Virus record (IMG/VR): IMGVR_UViG_3300042555_002918
Coordinates: 1 to 64,000 of that record
Source: a virus
Direction: 5' to 3' (one strand)
DNA length: 64,000 nt
Each line of letters begins with the position of its first letter. Position 1 is the first letter of the stretch. A model generated the notes under the pieces. It had not been told where the DNA came from. It saw only the letters and a list, made by a program, of their open reading frames with translations, and searched no databases. The translations under genes and the position numbers were made by a program. Below, piece after piece: positions 19,336-30,241 of this stretch.

Positions 19336-21243
19336 TTAGAATTTACCTACGACCTCGTTAAATGCGACACCGGAGCGTGTTGCTACAAAATTGAGGGTGA
19401 TAAAGTTAATGGATTTGGCAGGCTTGACGTATATGTCACCTACAAACTCATTGCGATCCACCACCTCAGCCGTATTGTTTGTGCCATCACAAACCACCTT
19501 CGAATCATAGATACCACGCCGCGCCTGAACGTTCTTCAGGAACGGCTCTACCTGGTTCTTGAAGTTATTACGAGTAACCTCATCGTTGATCTCATGTATG
19601 AGAGTCTTAGCAATAATCGAAATCGACTTTCTAAGAACGATAAAGAGACGTCGCACATTGATTCGGTCAAATGCCGATGGTCGAGCAAGGAGAGTCTTGT
19701 CACCAATCCAAACTGGGCCACTTCCCGCTTGAGAAACAACAAAGTTAATTCCAGCCAGGTACAGATCATCTCGGGCCGCCTTGCGTGGATTCCACGCAAG
19801 CTTTACGACCTCACGAAGAATACCTCTGTTATAACCAGCTGGAGACACCCATGGGTGACTTTGGGTATCGGCTCTGGCAACAATACCACCAAGATCCCCG
19901 TTATCTGGAATCCAGACGAACGTATCGCGGTACTTATCGTAGATGTTAAGCCAGTTGGATGACATCACTCCATACGAGGTTGAAGTCAGTGTATTTCGGA
20001 ACTCAATTACGTTTGAGGCCTCTCGTCCTACGGCAGCTACCACGTCATCTTTTTCTGGGGACACTAGGGCAATACAGTCCTGACGACTTTCAGCAATACC
20101 CAGCACATGAAGAGCAACCGCAGTTGAGGCTTCACCACAAAGTAGAAGAGCCACATCTACAGACTCAGTATCGGCAAACAAATCATACCCAAGGTTGCGA
20201 GATGCGTCGATGTCAGAGCCAGTATTGGCATCCTCCCCGCCACTTAACCTTACCGTTGTAGGCTTGTATACCTGAGTAAACGCAGTTCCCGACGAGGAAT
20301 TGCCCCAGTTAAGGCCAGCTGGCAGATGGTCCGTCCAGTAAACATAAGCGCTGTTACGGTTGAGCTTGTTTACGTAGTAGTTTGACGTACCGTCCTCATC
20401 CATTGCATCCGACGCCTTGGACATAAACGCATGGCGCTCAAGCACCGTACCTGGAATATTAGTAAATTCCCCACCACGGTCGATAACCACAACATGTACC
20501 TGGTCGTGAGAGCCACCTTTGTTCAGAACATACTCCGAAGTTCCGGGAGCTACACCAATTGCATCTGCAAACTCCCATTTGGCAACAAGAGTGGAGCTAT
20601 TAAGAGACGGAGAGAATGGTCGGTCCACAACAAGACTAGTATCGTCTTCAACAGCGACTACCTTTCTCTCTTGACCGCTTGTAAGGTCCTTGAGAATGGT
20701 ACCAACGGTTACTCTGGATGTGAACTCACACTCCTCGCTTCCCGATACTGCAGTGCCCGATGACGAAACTGTGCCTTCCAACGTTTGACTAAATGCGGCG
20801 GACGAAGGGCAAATTGAAACCTCAATCGAGTTTCCAAGGGCACCAGGGCATCTTGCGGCAAATGGACCAACATCAGAGAGTCCGTTTGAAAAATCAGACT
20901 CATAGTGAGCATCGTTCTTAATAAGAACGCCAACTCCCTGGTTTCCAGTACCTGTACCATCTTCTGCAGTCGCATTTAAAGCACCATTACCCGCAGCGCG
21001 AACTACTCGAAGAGCATCTGCATAGGATAGGAACCGAGCTGCAGTAAAAAATGAGGTAGCTGTGTCAAGGTTTGGTTTACCAAACCGTTTAACGAGATCA
21101 CCTTCATTTGAAATTGTGATAATTTCGTCTAAAGGTCCCCATTGAAACACGCCACAAAAAGCTCCAACCGTCGTATTGACGCCTGGAACATAGCTTGAGA
21201 GGTCAACCTCTCGTGTGATAACACCTGGTGAAATTTGCGTCAT
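19336..21243 (-). CDS. gp18: Tail sheath protein
   Basis: SPGV..RE.DL, F.WGP, FGKP, W.SPAG.NRG, GDKT, FDRINVRRLF, IYVKPAKSINFITLNFVATRSG. Confidence 0.96.
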   Translation of the reverse strand: MTQISPGVITREVDLSSYVPGVNTTVGAFCGVFQWGPLDEIITISNEGDLVKRFGKPNLDTATSFFTAARFLSYADALRVVRAAGNGALNATAEDGTGTGNQGVGVLIKNDAHYESDFSNGLSDVGPFAARCPGALGNSIEVSICPSSAAFSQTLEGTVSSSGTAVSGSEECEFTSRVTVGTILKDLTSGQERKVVAVEDDTSLVVDRPFSPSLNSSTLVAKWEFADAIGVAPGTSEYVLNKGGSHDQVHVVVIDRGGEFTNIPGTVLERHAFMSKASDAMDEDGTSNYYVNKLNRNSAYVYWTDHLPAGLNWGNSSSGTAFTQVYKPTTVRLSGGEDANTGSDIDASRNLGYDLFADTESVDVALLLCGEASTAVALHVLGIAESRQDCIALVSPEKDDVVAAVGREASNVIEFRNTLTSTSYGVMSSNWLNIYDKYRDTFVWIPDNGDLGGIVARADTQSHPWVSPAGYNRGILREVVKLAWNPRKAARDDLYLAGINFVVSQAGSGPVWIGDKTLLARPSAFDRINVRRLFIVLRKSISIIAKTLIHEINDEVTRNNFKNQVEPFLKNVQARRGIYDSKVVCDGTNNTAEVVDRNEFVGDIYVKPAKSINFITLNFVATRSGVAFNEVVGKF

Positions 21244-21384
21244 TGTACTAATCCCTTGTTATTTGGATTCGCTGATACGTCTATTTATTGTGCATTAGAC
21301 GACCCCAAAGGGTTATAGCTCGCCCTTACCAGCGAATATTCATATCGAGATTCGATAATCCAACGTTAATAAGAAGGATCAGGA

Positions 21385-22998
21385 TTAGCTCATCTTCTTC
21401 CAGAGCAGCCCATGAGCTTCAAACTGCTCAACTCCGTTGAGTTTTTGCATGAAATTCAATATTTGATAGGTCTCTGCCTTTGCTCGGACGCTTTCCTCAC
21501 TGAGGGTTGCGTTATCTAAGATAAGCTTGAACTCGCGAAGAGTATGCAGCCAACCGAAAAGCATCAGAGCAGTAACAAGGTCGTCATTGTTGCCTTCTTC
21601 AGCAGCATAGACGGCCCCCTGTCTGGAGTAGCTTTCGAGCTCGTCAATTGTCGCTCGGTCGTTTAGAATCAGTAGGTCATTCTCTATAAGTCGCTTGAGC
21701 TCAGTGCAACCTAACAGTTTTACTGGTAGCGTTGTCTTTCCCCCAAATCTCCCCTTCCCATTTCGACCGAGTAAGACCTTATGCTGTTCCTTACCTTTGA
21801 TCTTTTCCAGTGTAAGTAGATTCTTGTAATCCGCAGCATACAGCCCTTCCGCCACTAATGGGCCAGTTGAAGCATCCTCAATGAAAACCATCGCCTGATT
21901 ATAAAGGTCGGCGATTTGCTTAATGAACAATGCTAACTCATGGGGCTTAATCTTGTTGTCGCGATACGACGCAACCTGCCGAAATATCTTCTCGGAAACG
22001 TCTAGTACTTGAATTGCTGAATAGTCGAGCCCAACCCCCTCGCCACAATCGCAGATCATGACGTACTGTTTACCGTCTTCCGGCTGTTTATAAATGTTAA
22101 GCGGAACGGTTGTGAGTGGCTTTTGAGCTACAAGAGCCATAAGCTTGTCTGGGTGAATGAGGGTTTGAGTCGAGCCCACGAAGGAATTGAGGTGCTCCTG
22201 CCTGAACATGTCATAGCCGAGCTCTTTTATCTGAGCGTCCACCCACTCTTTGGTATCTCGCGCCGGATCTGCCCTGTAATCAGCTTTGATTAAGTGCCAG
22301 TTATTTCCAGCCTCAGCTTCCTGGACAAGTTTGTAGAAGTGGTTCTTTCCTTGAGGAGTAGACGTAACAAACAGTTTTGTCTCAGTACCGGCTGCTATAG
22401 TCGGAATAATTGATGCCTTAAACTTCTCTGCCACGGTTCTCTTTACAGCAGCAAATTCGTCAAGGAATACAATAGAGAAAGATCTACCTCGACCGGCGTT
22501 AATCGTAGTGGCTGATACTTGCACTGATGAGCCGTTCTCCAGCTTAATAGACTTAACGTTCCACTTACTAAACCCGTGCTTTAACCAATGCGGAAGGTTT
22601 TCGTATCCAAGCTTTAGACGATCATGAATTTCGATTGCAGTTTCTTGCTTGTCAGCAAGAACTCCGACTGAGACGTTGGAGTGGAAGTTAATGAACCATC
22701 CGATGAACGCGGCAGTGCAACTAGTCTTTCCAATCTGCCTCGAACATAGCATTGCAATCATTCGATGTTCGACGTAGGCCTTAATTGCCTCTTTCTGGAA
22801 CGACCTTAATGGAAATAGGATCAGTCCTCTATCCGGATGAGTGATTTTCCAGTACTTCTCAATAAAGTAGATAGGGTCTTGTGCACACTTGATCCACTCT
22901 TCCTTCTGCTCATCCGTGTACGGAGGAATGTGCCCAGCTTTTCTGAGCCCGGGTCCTTCCCAGTCAATAACCTCTTCTAGGTCTTTCCTATTTGACAT
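21385..22998 (-). CDS. gp17: Terminase large subunit
   Basis: KC..DP.YF, RQIGKT Walker A, LDEFA Walker B, STP.G.NHFY, D..EG.G.DYS, DDLV nuclease motifs. Confidence 0.95.
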   Translation of the reverse strand: MSNRKDLEEVIDWEGPGLRKAGHIPPYTDEQKEEWIKCAQDPIYFIEKYWKITHPDRGLILFPLRSFQKEAIKAYVEHRMIAMLCSRQIGKTSCTAAFIGWFINFHSNVSVGVLADKQETAIEIHDRLKLGYENLPHWLKHGFSKWNVKSIKLENGSSVQVSATTINAGRGRSFSIVFLDEFAAVKRTVAEKFKASIIPTIAAGTETKLFVTSTPQGKNHFYKLVQEAEAGNNWHLIKADYRADPARDTKEWVDAQIKELGYDMFRQEHLNSFVGSTQTLIHPDKLMALVAQKPLTTVPLNIYKQPEDGKQYVMICDCGEGVGLDYSAIQVLDVSEKIFRQVASYRDNKIKPHELALFIKQIADLYNQAMVFIEDASTGPLVAEGLYAADYKNLLTLEKIKGKEQHKVLLGRNGKGRFGGKTTLPVKLLGCTELKRLIENDLLILNDRATIDELESYSRQGAVYAAEEGNNDDLVTALMLFGWLHTLREFKLILDNATLSEESVRAKAETYQILNFMQKLNGVEQFEAHGLLWKKMS

Positions 22999-23467
22999 TC
23001 TTTGCCTTCTTCACCTGCGAAGCAATGAAGTCGCCGAACTGAGCGGAGGTCACGTTGAGGTGTAGGTGATTACTTCGAGATCCTCCACGGGTCTCCTCTT
23101 TTGCTTTGGAAGCGGGACCACCTTCGAGGGCAGCAAGCATGTTTGCTCCCTCAATTCGTGTTTTGGCCAGAGTTGCGGCGCACTGAAATAGGAAGCCTTG
23201 CTGTGAGGCCGGGGCCAATTCTTTTAAATCATCAAGGAGCCCTTTCAAGGTAGTGAGCGTATCCTTAATATGATCCACTGCGGCTTTCCGATTCTCATCA
23301 TTAAGAGTTATTACTTGCTCTTCGGCTATACGAGGACTGTGCCCCTCGACTTCCGGAATGACTACGGCGGAATCAGCCCCATTGTCATCAGTCCTGGCAA
23401 TTGCGGGCTTTGCAAGAGCCTCAACAACTGATGGCTCAGGCTTATAATCGTTATTCTGTTCACTCAT
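22988..23467 (-). CDS. gp16: Terminase small subunit (gp16-like)
   Basis: Overlaps the gp17 start, helical, late promoter upstream; call rests mainly on synteny. Confidence 0.6.
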   Translation of the reverse strand: MSEQNNDYKPEPSVVEALAKPAIARTDDNGADSAVVIPEVEGHSPRIAEEQVITLNDENRKAAVDHIKDTLTTLKGLLDDLKELAPASQQGFLFQCAATLAKTRIEGANMLAALEGGPASKAKEETRGGSRSNHLHLNVTSAQFGDFIASQVKKAKNVK

Positions 23468-23547
23468 ATGGATTCACTCGGTTTGAGTTATATCGAGTAT
23501 TTATGACCAAACTATTGGCCACATTTTGAGGCGACGGGCGGAAGGGA

Positions 23548-23892
23548 CTACCCGTTCTTTTTCTGCTTGGCCAAAAGCTCCGCACGCTTACGCTCTCGCT
23601 CGGCCTTCCAGGCAGCATCCGGGTCATTTTGAACGGCAGTGGACTGAGCGCGGTCGGTGCTAGGAGTCTCGACTACGTCAGGGGCAGAATCCTTCAATCG
23701 GCTGTATGCGGCATTTATCCTTTTCATGAGTTCTGGATTGCCAGTGGGTGAGTCTGGATGATGAGTCTTTGCTGCTTTGTAGTAGGCAACCTTAAGCTGC
23801 TCCGGCGAATAGCCAATTTTAAGGCCAAGCAGGGACCTTGCCTCGTCGTCGTCGAGAGACTGCTCAAGTAGAAATTCATCAAACGTCAACAT
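23548..23892 (-). CDS. DnaJ J-domain protein with capsid-targeting-like leader
   Basis: LLGL...AYYKAAKTHHPD...MKRINAAY; N-terminal MLTFDEFLLE; TATAAATA at 23899-23906. Confidence 0.85.
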   Translation of the reverse strand: MLTFDEFLLEQSLDDDEARSLLGLKIGYSPEQLKVAYYKAAKTHHPDSPTGNPELMKRINAAYSRLKDSAPDVVETPSTDRAQSTAVQNDPDAAWKAERERKRAELLAKQKKNG

Positions 23893-24102
23893 GCCCTCTA
23901 TTTATAGGACCTGGATATCGCATCGGCGGGGATGTGAACCCTAATTAAAACCAGGCACCCAGGGGCATCTACCCCCACAATTTGGCACAAATTCATCCGC
24001 CTTCAATAACTGCCTGAAATCACTAGCGACAAAACATCAAGAAAACTGTTTGAAGGCGGAACCGGCGCTATGGTAGAATAAGGTGACGGTTGATTAAGAG
24101 AG

Positions 24103-24681
24103 GTGTGTATGAAAGGTTGCAGGCCACTTACAGAGACTGAGAAAACTCAGGTTTTAAATTCCATCAGCGGTCGCCATCAGCTTCGCGATAAGCTAATTGT
24201 CACTTTTGGTATCTATGCCGGATTTCGAATCTCCGAGATCTTGTCTCTTCGGGTCAAAGACGTATTCCAGAATGGAGTTGTCCCCAACCACGTCACGGTA
24301 CAGCGACGGAACGTCAAAGGTCGGCGTGAGGGACGAACGGTTGTAATGCATCAGATGATAAAGGATGCGGTTATTCAGTACCTCCTTGCTAACCTGGGGT
24401 TATCCTCAGACTCTCCACTGTTTCTGAATCAGGGCGGCAAAAAGGCTATTAGCCGACAGCAAGCTTGGAACATTGTTGAAAGTGCTTTTAGTGCATGTGG
24501 ATTAACGGGAACTCTGGGTACCCACTCTCTACGAAAGACTTTTGCCCTCAATGCATATCAGAAGTCCGGACACTGCCTACTCAAGACGAAAAAGGCTTTG
24601 GGGCACACCGATATTCGAACTACCGAGAAATACTTAAGTTTTGCTGAAAGTGAGGTCGAAGACCTTATTCTCAGTGCGTGA
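24103..24681 (+). CDS. Tyrosine recombinase (catalytic domain only)
   Basis: GFRISE, HSLRKT, LGH, TEKY catalytic residues; ~190 aa with no separate N-terminal domain. Confidence 0.9.
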   Translation: MCMKGCRPLTETEKTQVLNSISGRHQLRDKLIVTFGIYAGFRISEILSLRVKDVFQNGVVPNHVTVQRRNVKGRREGRTVVMHQMIKDAVIQYLLANLGLSSDSPLFLNQGGKKAISRQQAWNIVESAFSACGLTGTLGTHSLRKTFALNAYQKSGHCLLKTKKALGHTDIRTTEKYLSFAESEVEDLILSA

Positions 24682-24746
24682 ACGTCCATTAAGTTTGAAC
24701 AATTCAGTGCCAAAATGGCAGGTCGCCTTCCTAATAAATACGGGGG

Positions 24747-25619
24747 ATGAAGACCTACCTGGAGTTTATCAGTGAGTCAATTATCGACCCCCATCATGAT
24801 GGGTTAGCTCCGGCTGTGTTTGAGAGCGATCACCCTGCCCGTCTGAAGCCTATGGTACGGTCTCAAATTGAACGCGGGATTGACCACATCAACACCCATG
24901 CCGGAGTTAGGGTCCAGGATTACAGATTGATAGGGAGCATTTTAACTCATCGATACTCGGACGATTCGGACCTAGACATAAACGTACTTATCGACGGGAG
25001 TCTTGACCAGGCAGTAAAGGTCGCCTCTCAGATCAGCGGACAGCCAATACCGGGCTCCCCCTATGTCGTCAACTTTCATGTTCTTAATCACAGGGACATT
25101 TGGGATGCTGCAAATAGGGATGCGGACGGAGTGTTTGACGTTGAAAAGAATCGATTCGAGAGGGTACCAAAAGACCTCCCGTTTGATGTTACTCTCTACT
25201 GGAAAGATTTCTCTCGCGTCGCTAGCACAATTGAAAGCTTGTCAAAGAGGCTAAAAGAACTAACTCTCGACTATGATTCACTAAGAAAGGCAGGCCCAGA
25301 CGAGCTAAAGCATCTTCGAACTCTAACTATAGAGAAACTACGTACACTCAAAAAGACAGCAGTGTCACTGGTGGACATATACAAAATCATCAAGAACTAC
25401 CGTAACAAGGTTTTTGCACATGAGCTCACCCAAAGTGACATCATCAGGTACGGAGATAAAAATCGGATGCCTGCAAATGTCATCTACAAGCTGCTTGAGA
25501 AGTACCACTACATGAAACTTCTCGACAAAATCTCAAATATAATTGGACACGACGGCTCCCTGTCGGCTTCCGAAGTCAGGGAGCTTCAAGACATCTTCCG
25601 ACCAACGCACCCTAAATAA
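24747..25619 (+). CDS. Pol-beta-superfamily nucleotidyltransferase with T4 CTS-like leader
   Basis: IGS......SDLDINV motif; N-terminal MKTYLEFISE; AATAAATA at 24733-24740. Confidence 0.7.
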   Translation: MKTYLEFISESIIDPHHDGLAPAVFESDHPARLKPMVRSQIERGIDHINTHAGVRVQDYRLIGSILTHRYSDDSDLDINVLIDGSLDQAVKVASQISGQPIPGSPYVVNFHVLNHRDIWDAANRDADGVFDVEKNRFERVPKDLPFDVTLYWKDFSRVASTIESLSKRLKELTLDYDSLRKAGPDELKHLRTLTIEKLRTLKKTAVSLVDIYKIIKNYRNKVFAHELTQSDIIRYGDKNRMPANVIYKLLEKYHYMKLLDKISNIIGHDGSLSASEVRELQDIFRPTHPK

Positions 25620-25623
25620 CAAT

Positions 25624-25839
25624 ATGCCGCTTTACGAATATAAGTGCGAAACGTGTGACAACATTTTTGACTCCTACGTGAGCAAAGCCACCTCATGTAG
25701 TGAAGACCAGGGTTGTAAGTGCCCAGCTTGCTCCTCGTTAGCAAAACGCGTTGAAATTTCAACTACATCAGAGCCTGTTTTTAAAGGCACAGGCTTTTAT
25801 ACTACTGATTACAAGGGGAAAAAGACCTACTCGGGGTAA
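25624..25839 (+). CDS. Second FmdB-family zinc-ribbon protein
   Basis: MPLYEYKCETC...CPAC...FKGTGFYTTDY. Confidence 0.88.
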   Translation: MPLYEYKCETCDNIFDSYVSKATSCSEDQGCKCPACSSLAKRVEISTTSEPVFKGTGFYTTDYKGKKTYSG

Positions 25840-25981
25840 TGTGCGACGGGATAGGCGCTTTGGGATACTTTATCCAAGCGCTGGCCCGAGGTGACTGTTT
25901 AGCCTATGTCCCGCCAGGCGTATACTGGAGTCCCCAGTTACTTCGGGCGAGTGCTTTTACTGTTCAACTAAGGCGCCGAAC

Positions 25982-26128
25982 ATGAAAGAGCTATGGACCA
26001 TAATCGGCAAAGTAATGGTCGACTTTCTCAGTGACCTATTATCAATGGCCGTGATCTTTACCGTCATTGTTTCCTTGATGATTGCATTAAAGCATCTGGC
26101 CTTGTGGTTTCTAGGTCCCCTCTCCTGA
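25982..26128 (+). CDS. Small membrane peptide (48 aa, not in ORF track)
   Basis: MKELWTIIGKVMVDFLSDLLSMAVIFTVIVSLMIALKHLALWFLGPLS*, hydrophobic. Confidence 0.45.
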   Translation: MKELWTIIGKVMVDFLSDLLSMAVIFTVIVSLMIALKHLALWFLGPLS

Positions 26129-26247
26129 CATTATTCACCAATACCAACTATAGGGCACACTTACTCATCTTAGCCGGTATATGGCTTAGAGCCTTCCCAC
26201 CCTGCTTATAAGCCAGGGCCTATCATGCTACGTCATGTCCGGATTAC

Positions 26248-27960
26248 CTAATACCAAGGGGTCGGCGTCCGAGTTGCAGTTGGGGTCGGAGTCCGAGTCG
26301 GCGTTCGTGTTGGAGTCGCAGTAAACGTCGGGGTCGGCGTCCTGGTAGCAGTTGCAGTCCGAGTCGGCGTTCGTGTTGGAGTCCGAGTCGGCGTTCGTGT
26401 TGGAGTCGCAGTAAACGTCGGGGTCGGCGTCCTGGTAGCAGTCGGTGTGGCAGTTACCGTGATTGTTGGGATTGCCGTTCTTGTTGGAGAAGGCGTCGCT
26501 GTTAAGGTCGCAGTCGGAGCCTGCGTCGGTGTGGCAGGCACTACTGTTGGTATGGTCGTAGGTACGGCCGTTTGGTCCACCACAGGCGTAGCAGTTGGAC
26601 TCGGAGTTAAAATGGCATCACCTATCTGTTTACATTCAGCTTGAGCCTCGAACGTGGACAGGTCCATGTTCACAATAGATGACGTTATGACCTTTCCAGT
26701 CAGCGATGATGCAAAGGTACCATTATTCAATAAGATGTCTTTTACCTTCGATACCGGAAACAATCCTCCGCACATAGATTGAATGGCAAGCACTACCCCA
26801 GCGACATGAGGAGTTGCCATAGAGGTCCCGCTCATTCCGATGTAGAACTTATCCTTATATGTGCTAATAACGTTTGAACCCGGCGCTGCAATATGAACGG
26901 TCTTAGCCCCATAGTTTGAAAACGGAGACAGGGTCCCCGAGCTAGTCACAGACGCTACAGACACAATATTGCTGCTTGCATATCCTGCCGGATAGACGGG
27001 TAATCGATCGTTGCTATAGGAAGAGTTACCAGCAGCCGCCGCAAACAAAATCCCCTGATCCCCCGCAGTCTTAATTGCTGCTAAAAGTGCTGAACTGAAA
27101 CCAGTCCCTCCCCAAGAGTTATTACTTACGACAACTTTATATCCTGCCTTACGAAGCGCTGTTCCGTAATTGATTGCCTTGATAGCATTAGCAAGACTTC
27201 CGTATCCATTCTTGTCCAAAAACTTGGTGGCTACCAGTTTGACATTCCAAACAATCCCGGGGATGCCGATTAAATTATTCCCTTTTGCGCCAATGATTCC
27301 AGCAACGTGCGTACCGTGCCCATTATCATCAAGGGGATCTCCAGAGTTTCTGATTGCATTGTAGCCATATACGTCATCAACGACGCCGTTACCATCATCA
27401 TCAATCCGATTACCTGGAATCTCTCGCGGGTTTCTCCACACATTAGGGTTAAGATCTGGATGGTTGTAAGAGATACCGGTGTCGACGAGTACAACTAACA
27501 GTTCGTCACTACCCTTCGTTCGCTCCCATGCTAATGGGGCCTTGATCATTTCCTGGGCATATAGCTGAGAGTAAAGGGAATCGTTTGGAATCTCGGACTT
27601 AGAGTATGCAAAGTTAGGCTCGCACTTTACCCTCTTACCAAGCTTAGCCAAAGCCTTTCGAACCTTAGGCGACTTACATGCATTATTTTTTCTCGTGAGA
27701 ACTATTGGTTTTGAGTCTGAAACGAGAGAAAGAGCGGTCAGTCCGGACGTCTTCTCATCAAAGAACAGAGTCTTTGATGATATCGAACTAATGCGAAACC
27801 CAGATGGTGCACTTGCCACCATTGACGATAAACTTTCGGAGGATACGGACCTAGGAACGGTCACTACGGCCCCCGGATACACTAGTTGATCTCCATAGAC
27901 CATACCAATGCGAGTGATATACAGCGCAAGACTAACCACAACAGCAACAACATTCTTCAT
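26248..27960 (-). CDS. Secreted S8 subtilisin-like protease with Pro/Thr-rich tail
   Basis: [20 protein letters not shown] catalytic triad; signal peptide; TPTR/TATP repeats. Confidence 0.93.
   Translation of the reverse strand: MKNVVAVVVSLALYITRIGMVYGDQLVYPGAVVTVPRSVSSESLSSMVASAPSGFRISSISSKTLFFDEKTSGLTALSLVSDSKPIVLTRKNNACKSPKVRKALAKLGKRVKCEPNFAYSKSEIPNDSLYSQLYAQEMIKAPLAWERTKGSDELLVVLVDTGISYNHPDLNPNVWRNPREIPGNRIDDDGNGVVDDVYGYNAIRNSGDPLDDNGHGTHVAGIIGAKGNNLIGIPGIVWNVKLVATKFLDKNGYGSLANAIKAINYGTALRKAGYKVVVSNNSWGGTGFSSALLAAIKTAGDQGILFAAAAGNSSYSNDRLPVYPAGYASSNIVSVASVTSSGTLSPFSNYGAKTVHIAAPGSNVISTYKDKFYIGMSGTSMATPHVAGVVLAIQSMCGGLFPVSKVKDILLNNGTFASSLTGKVITSSIVNMDLSTFEAQAECKQIGDAILTPSPTATPVVDQTAVPTTIPTVVPATPTQAPTATLTATPSPTRTAIPTITVTATPTATRTPTPTFTATPTRTPTRTPTRTPTRTATATRTPTPTFTATPTRTPTRTPTPTATRTPTPWY
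26260..26450 (-). repeat. Tandem 12-bp-based coding repeats (TPTR/TATP linker)
   Basis: Repeated gtcggcgttcgtgttggagtc and gtcggggtcggcgtcctggtagca blocks. Confidence 0.85.
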
Positions 27961-28120
27961 ATCACTCCATATCGGCAGCCTTCAATCAGGGCTTGAGGTT
28001 TTATGTTCCACCTTCAAACATTTCCTTACTTTCTCAAACCTTAATCCGTGCGTCTAGGGGATTCTCTTGCGCATATGCACCAGAGATGCACGAATCCGAC
28101 GGTCGGGTGATGGACCTTAG

Positions 28121-28693
28121 TTAGTGGGCTACCCCAAAACTCAGAGAGAATCCGGCTTTCCCAAAACTGTTCTTGAGAACTCCCAGAGTATATGTGTTGT
28201 GGTGAAACTCCTGAATGTCCATTGCTACATCAGACATGCGGAGCAGCTTTACTATATCGTTCTCGGGGAATATCCCCACACCAGCAACAATAGCTTTGCT
28301 ACACATCATCGCCGACACTCGTAAGTTGTGAAGCACGCTAACGGCCTCGGCATTAAACTGAAAACAGTCAATCTGGCTAAGGTCATCGATAACTATGAGG
28401 TCAGAACTTAGTCCGGCTATGGCTAATTGAAGAGTTTCAAGCTTTGTCTTTGGCTCTAAATATGTCAGCTTTGCGTAGGGGTTCACAATTTTCTCGGCAA
28501 GGACCTCAGTGTCATCTTCGAACGAGATGAACGCAACGTTACTTCCGGAGTCCACTGCCTTATTAGCAAGGTAGGTCAAGGTGGTAGTTTTACCTGACAT
28601 TTCCCCTTCGCCGATAATAATCGACAGGCTTCCTTTCTCAAACCCTCCACATAATGTTCTGTCTAGCTCGGGGATACCGGATCGCAATTTCAT
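28121..28693 (-). CDS. RecA/KaiC/RAD55-like ATPase
   Basis: SGIPELD..L.GG, G....SGKTT Walker A, FISFE, LIVIDD Walker B. Confidence 0.75.
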   Translation of the reverse strand: MKLRSGIPELDRTLCGGFEKGSLSIIIGEGEMSGKTTTLTYLANKAVDSGSNVAFISFEDDTEVLAEKIVNPYAKLTYLEPKTKLETLQLAIAGLSSDLIVIDDLSQIDCFQFNAEAVSVLHNLRVSAMMCSKAIVAGVGIFPENDIVKLLRMSDVAMDIQEFHHNTYTLGVLKNSFGKAGFSLSFGVAH

Positions 28694-28834
28694 AGAACCT
28701 CGCTAACTGGTTTTCACACTCTGTTGAAACAAAATCTAACAGATGCCCAACAGCCGCGAGCATTACCCCCAACAAAATGTTTGAAGTTTTTTGTACTGTA
28801 CAAGTAGCTGAATGAGATTGAGAAATTACCGATG

Positions 28835-29209
28835 CTAAACAAAGGACTTGATGGTTCGTTTTGCTGGGGTTGTGTAATCAATCACCAATGCCAACGTTTG
28901 TTTTCCCGAGCCGGTTCGGCACGCAAAGGCTTTCAAGACTTCAATGCGTGTAAATTTGATCCCTTGAACTGAGTCTTTCTTAAGAAACTCAGTAAAGTGG
29001 CTAATACCCTTGTCGATTATAGCCTGTGCGGCAAGGTGATCTGGCATCCCTTGATCTACCTCAAGGTCACAAAAGAATGTGGAGGTTACGTCCCGAGTCT
29101 GGGGTCCAACTGGCTGACGAACAAAGTCATAAGTTCTCTGGAGATTTGCATGGAGCCCCGAGGTAAATTGAGTTTCTGCAAAAATATAATCAAGGCTATA
29201 GAAGTCCAT
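28835..29209 (-). CDS. Hypothetical protein
   Basis: GGTAATGCTC-N19-TAGGTT promoter ends 6 nt before the ATG. Confidence 0.65.
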   Translation of the reverse strand: MDFYSLDYIFAETQFTSGLHANLQRTYDFVRQPVGPQTRDVTSTFFCDLEVDQGMPDHLAAQAIIDKGISHFTEFLKKDSVQGIKFTRIEVLKAFACRTGSGKQTLALVIDYTTPAKRTIKSFV

Positions 29210-29213
29210 TATA

Positions 29214-29411
29214 TTAACCTACCAACCCTCCAGCACTCTTGAGCATTACCACCAAGCGAACATCTCCCTGAGTTCGATTTCCTCCTAGGTATTTATCGGA
29301 GCATTTTTTACAGATTGCGGACACCATCCCTGGTACATGCGGTACGTCTACCAGTACACGGCAACATTTGCAGCTTATCCTCACCTCGTTGGGCTTTTGT
29401 GCACAATTCAT
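29214..29411 (-). CDS. Small zinc-ribbon-like protein
   Basis: CKCC...CKKC; promoter ends 6 nt before the ATG. Confidence 0.55.
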   Translation of the reverse strand: MNCAQKPNEVRISCKCCRVLVDVPHVPGMVSAICKKCSDKYLGGNRTQGDVRLVVMLKSAGGLVG

Positions 29412-29561
29412 CCTTTCACAATAACCAAGTCGTTCAGGTGCCGAGCATTACCTAATAGAGAGCTGACTACATCTGGCAAGAGGAAAGGCTCAAGAGTGGG
29501 TCTGATTACCTATAATCGGTCCAAATCAATAAAGGCGACTGCCTCCCTTATAGATAGGTAA

Positions 29562-30230
29562 ATGGACAACATCATCGCCAAAATAAACAAAATGCTTGAA
29601 CTTGCGAGACGCGGCGGCACTCAGGCGGAGTCCCAAACCGCACAAAAAATGGCCGATGAGTTATTGTCAAAGTACAGCCTCCTAATCGCCAATATAAACA
29701 CCGCGACTACCTCAGAAGACTATATGTTTGATGGGTTGATGGTTGGGGCATTAAGAGCAACGTGGCAGGACTCAATCTACGTTGCCATATCAAAGCTTTA
29801 CGGTTGCACCTATACGAAGCGATATGACAGTAACGACCGCGCAGTACGAACCATCGTCGGCTCTCCGGGCGATGTTGAAACAGCCAAGAAGGTCGCTGCT
29901 CATATTGTGGTGATTGCTATTACCTTGGCCAAGGAAGCAGGGAAAAGCCAAACCTTCATGCGCTCCTTTAAAAAAGGATTTGCATGTCGAATCTGGGCCA
30001 GGGTCGATGAACAAATGATTGCTGATAATCGCGGTTCACTAACTGACTCCATTCCGGAAATGAAGAAGGCTTCAGAGAGCCAATCTTCAGATCCGAGTGA
30101 AAAGGAAGCTAACCCATCGGGCCAATCCACCAAATCCTCGAATGGCGAAATTGACAGGCGGGCATTTCATCGCGGATCCGCTGCGGCAGGCTTGGTCAGC
30201 CTTGAACTCCACGACTTTCTTAAAAAGTAA
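29562..30230 (+). CDS. DUF2786-like protein
   Basis: IIAKINKMLELA.....ES..A.KMA..LL.KY N-terminus; SF..GF. Confidence 0.7.
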   Translation: MDNIIAKINKMLELARRGGTQAESQTAQKMADELLSKYSLLIANINTATTSEDYMFDGLMVGALRATWQDSIYVAISKLYGCTYTKRYDSNDRAVRTIVGSPGDVETAKKVAAHIVVIAITLAKEAGKSQTFMRSFKKGFACRIWARVDEQMIADNRGSLTDSIPEMKKASESQSSDPSEKEANPSGQSTKSSNGEIDRRAFHRGSAAAGLVSLELHDFLKK

Positions 30231-30241
30231 GCATAGGTCAG

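Noticed and set aside
19189-19962. 257-aa + strand ORF opposite gp18/gp19
   Set aside because: Antisense to highly conserved genes; no recognisable motif.
24103-24681. Prophage integrase / att boundary
   Set aside because: Phage core genes and late promoters lie on both sides; the enzyme lacks arm-binding domains; no att pair was identified.
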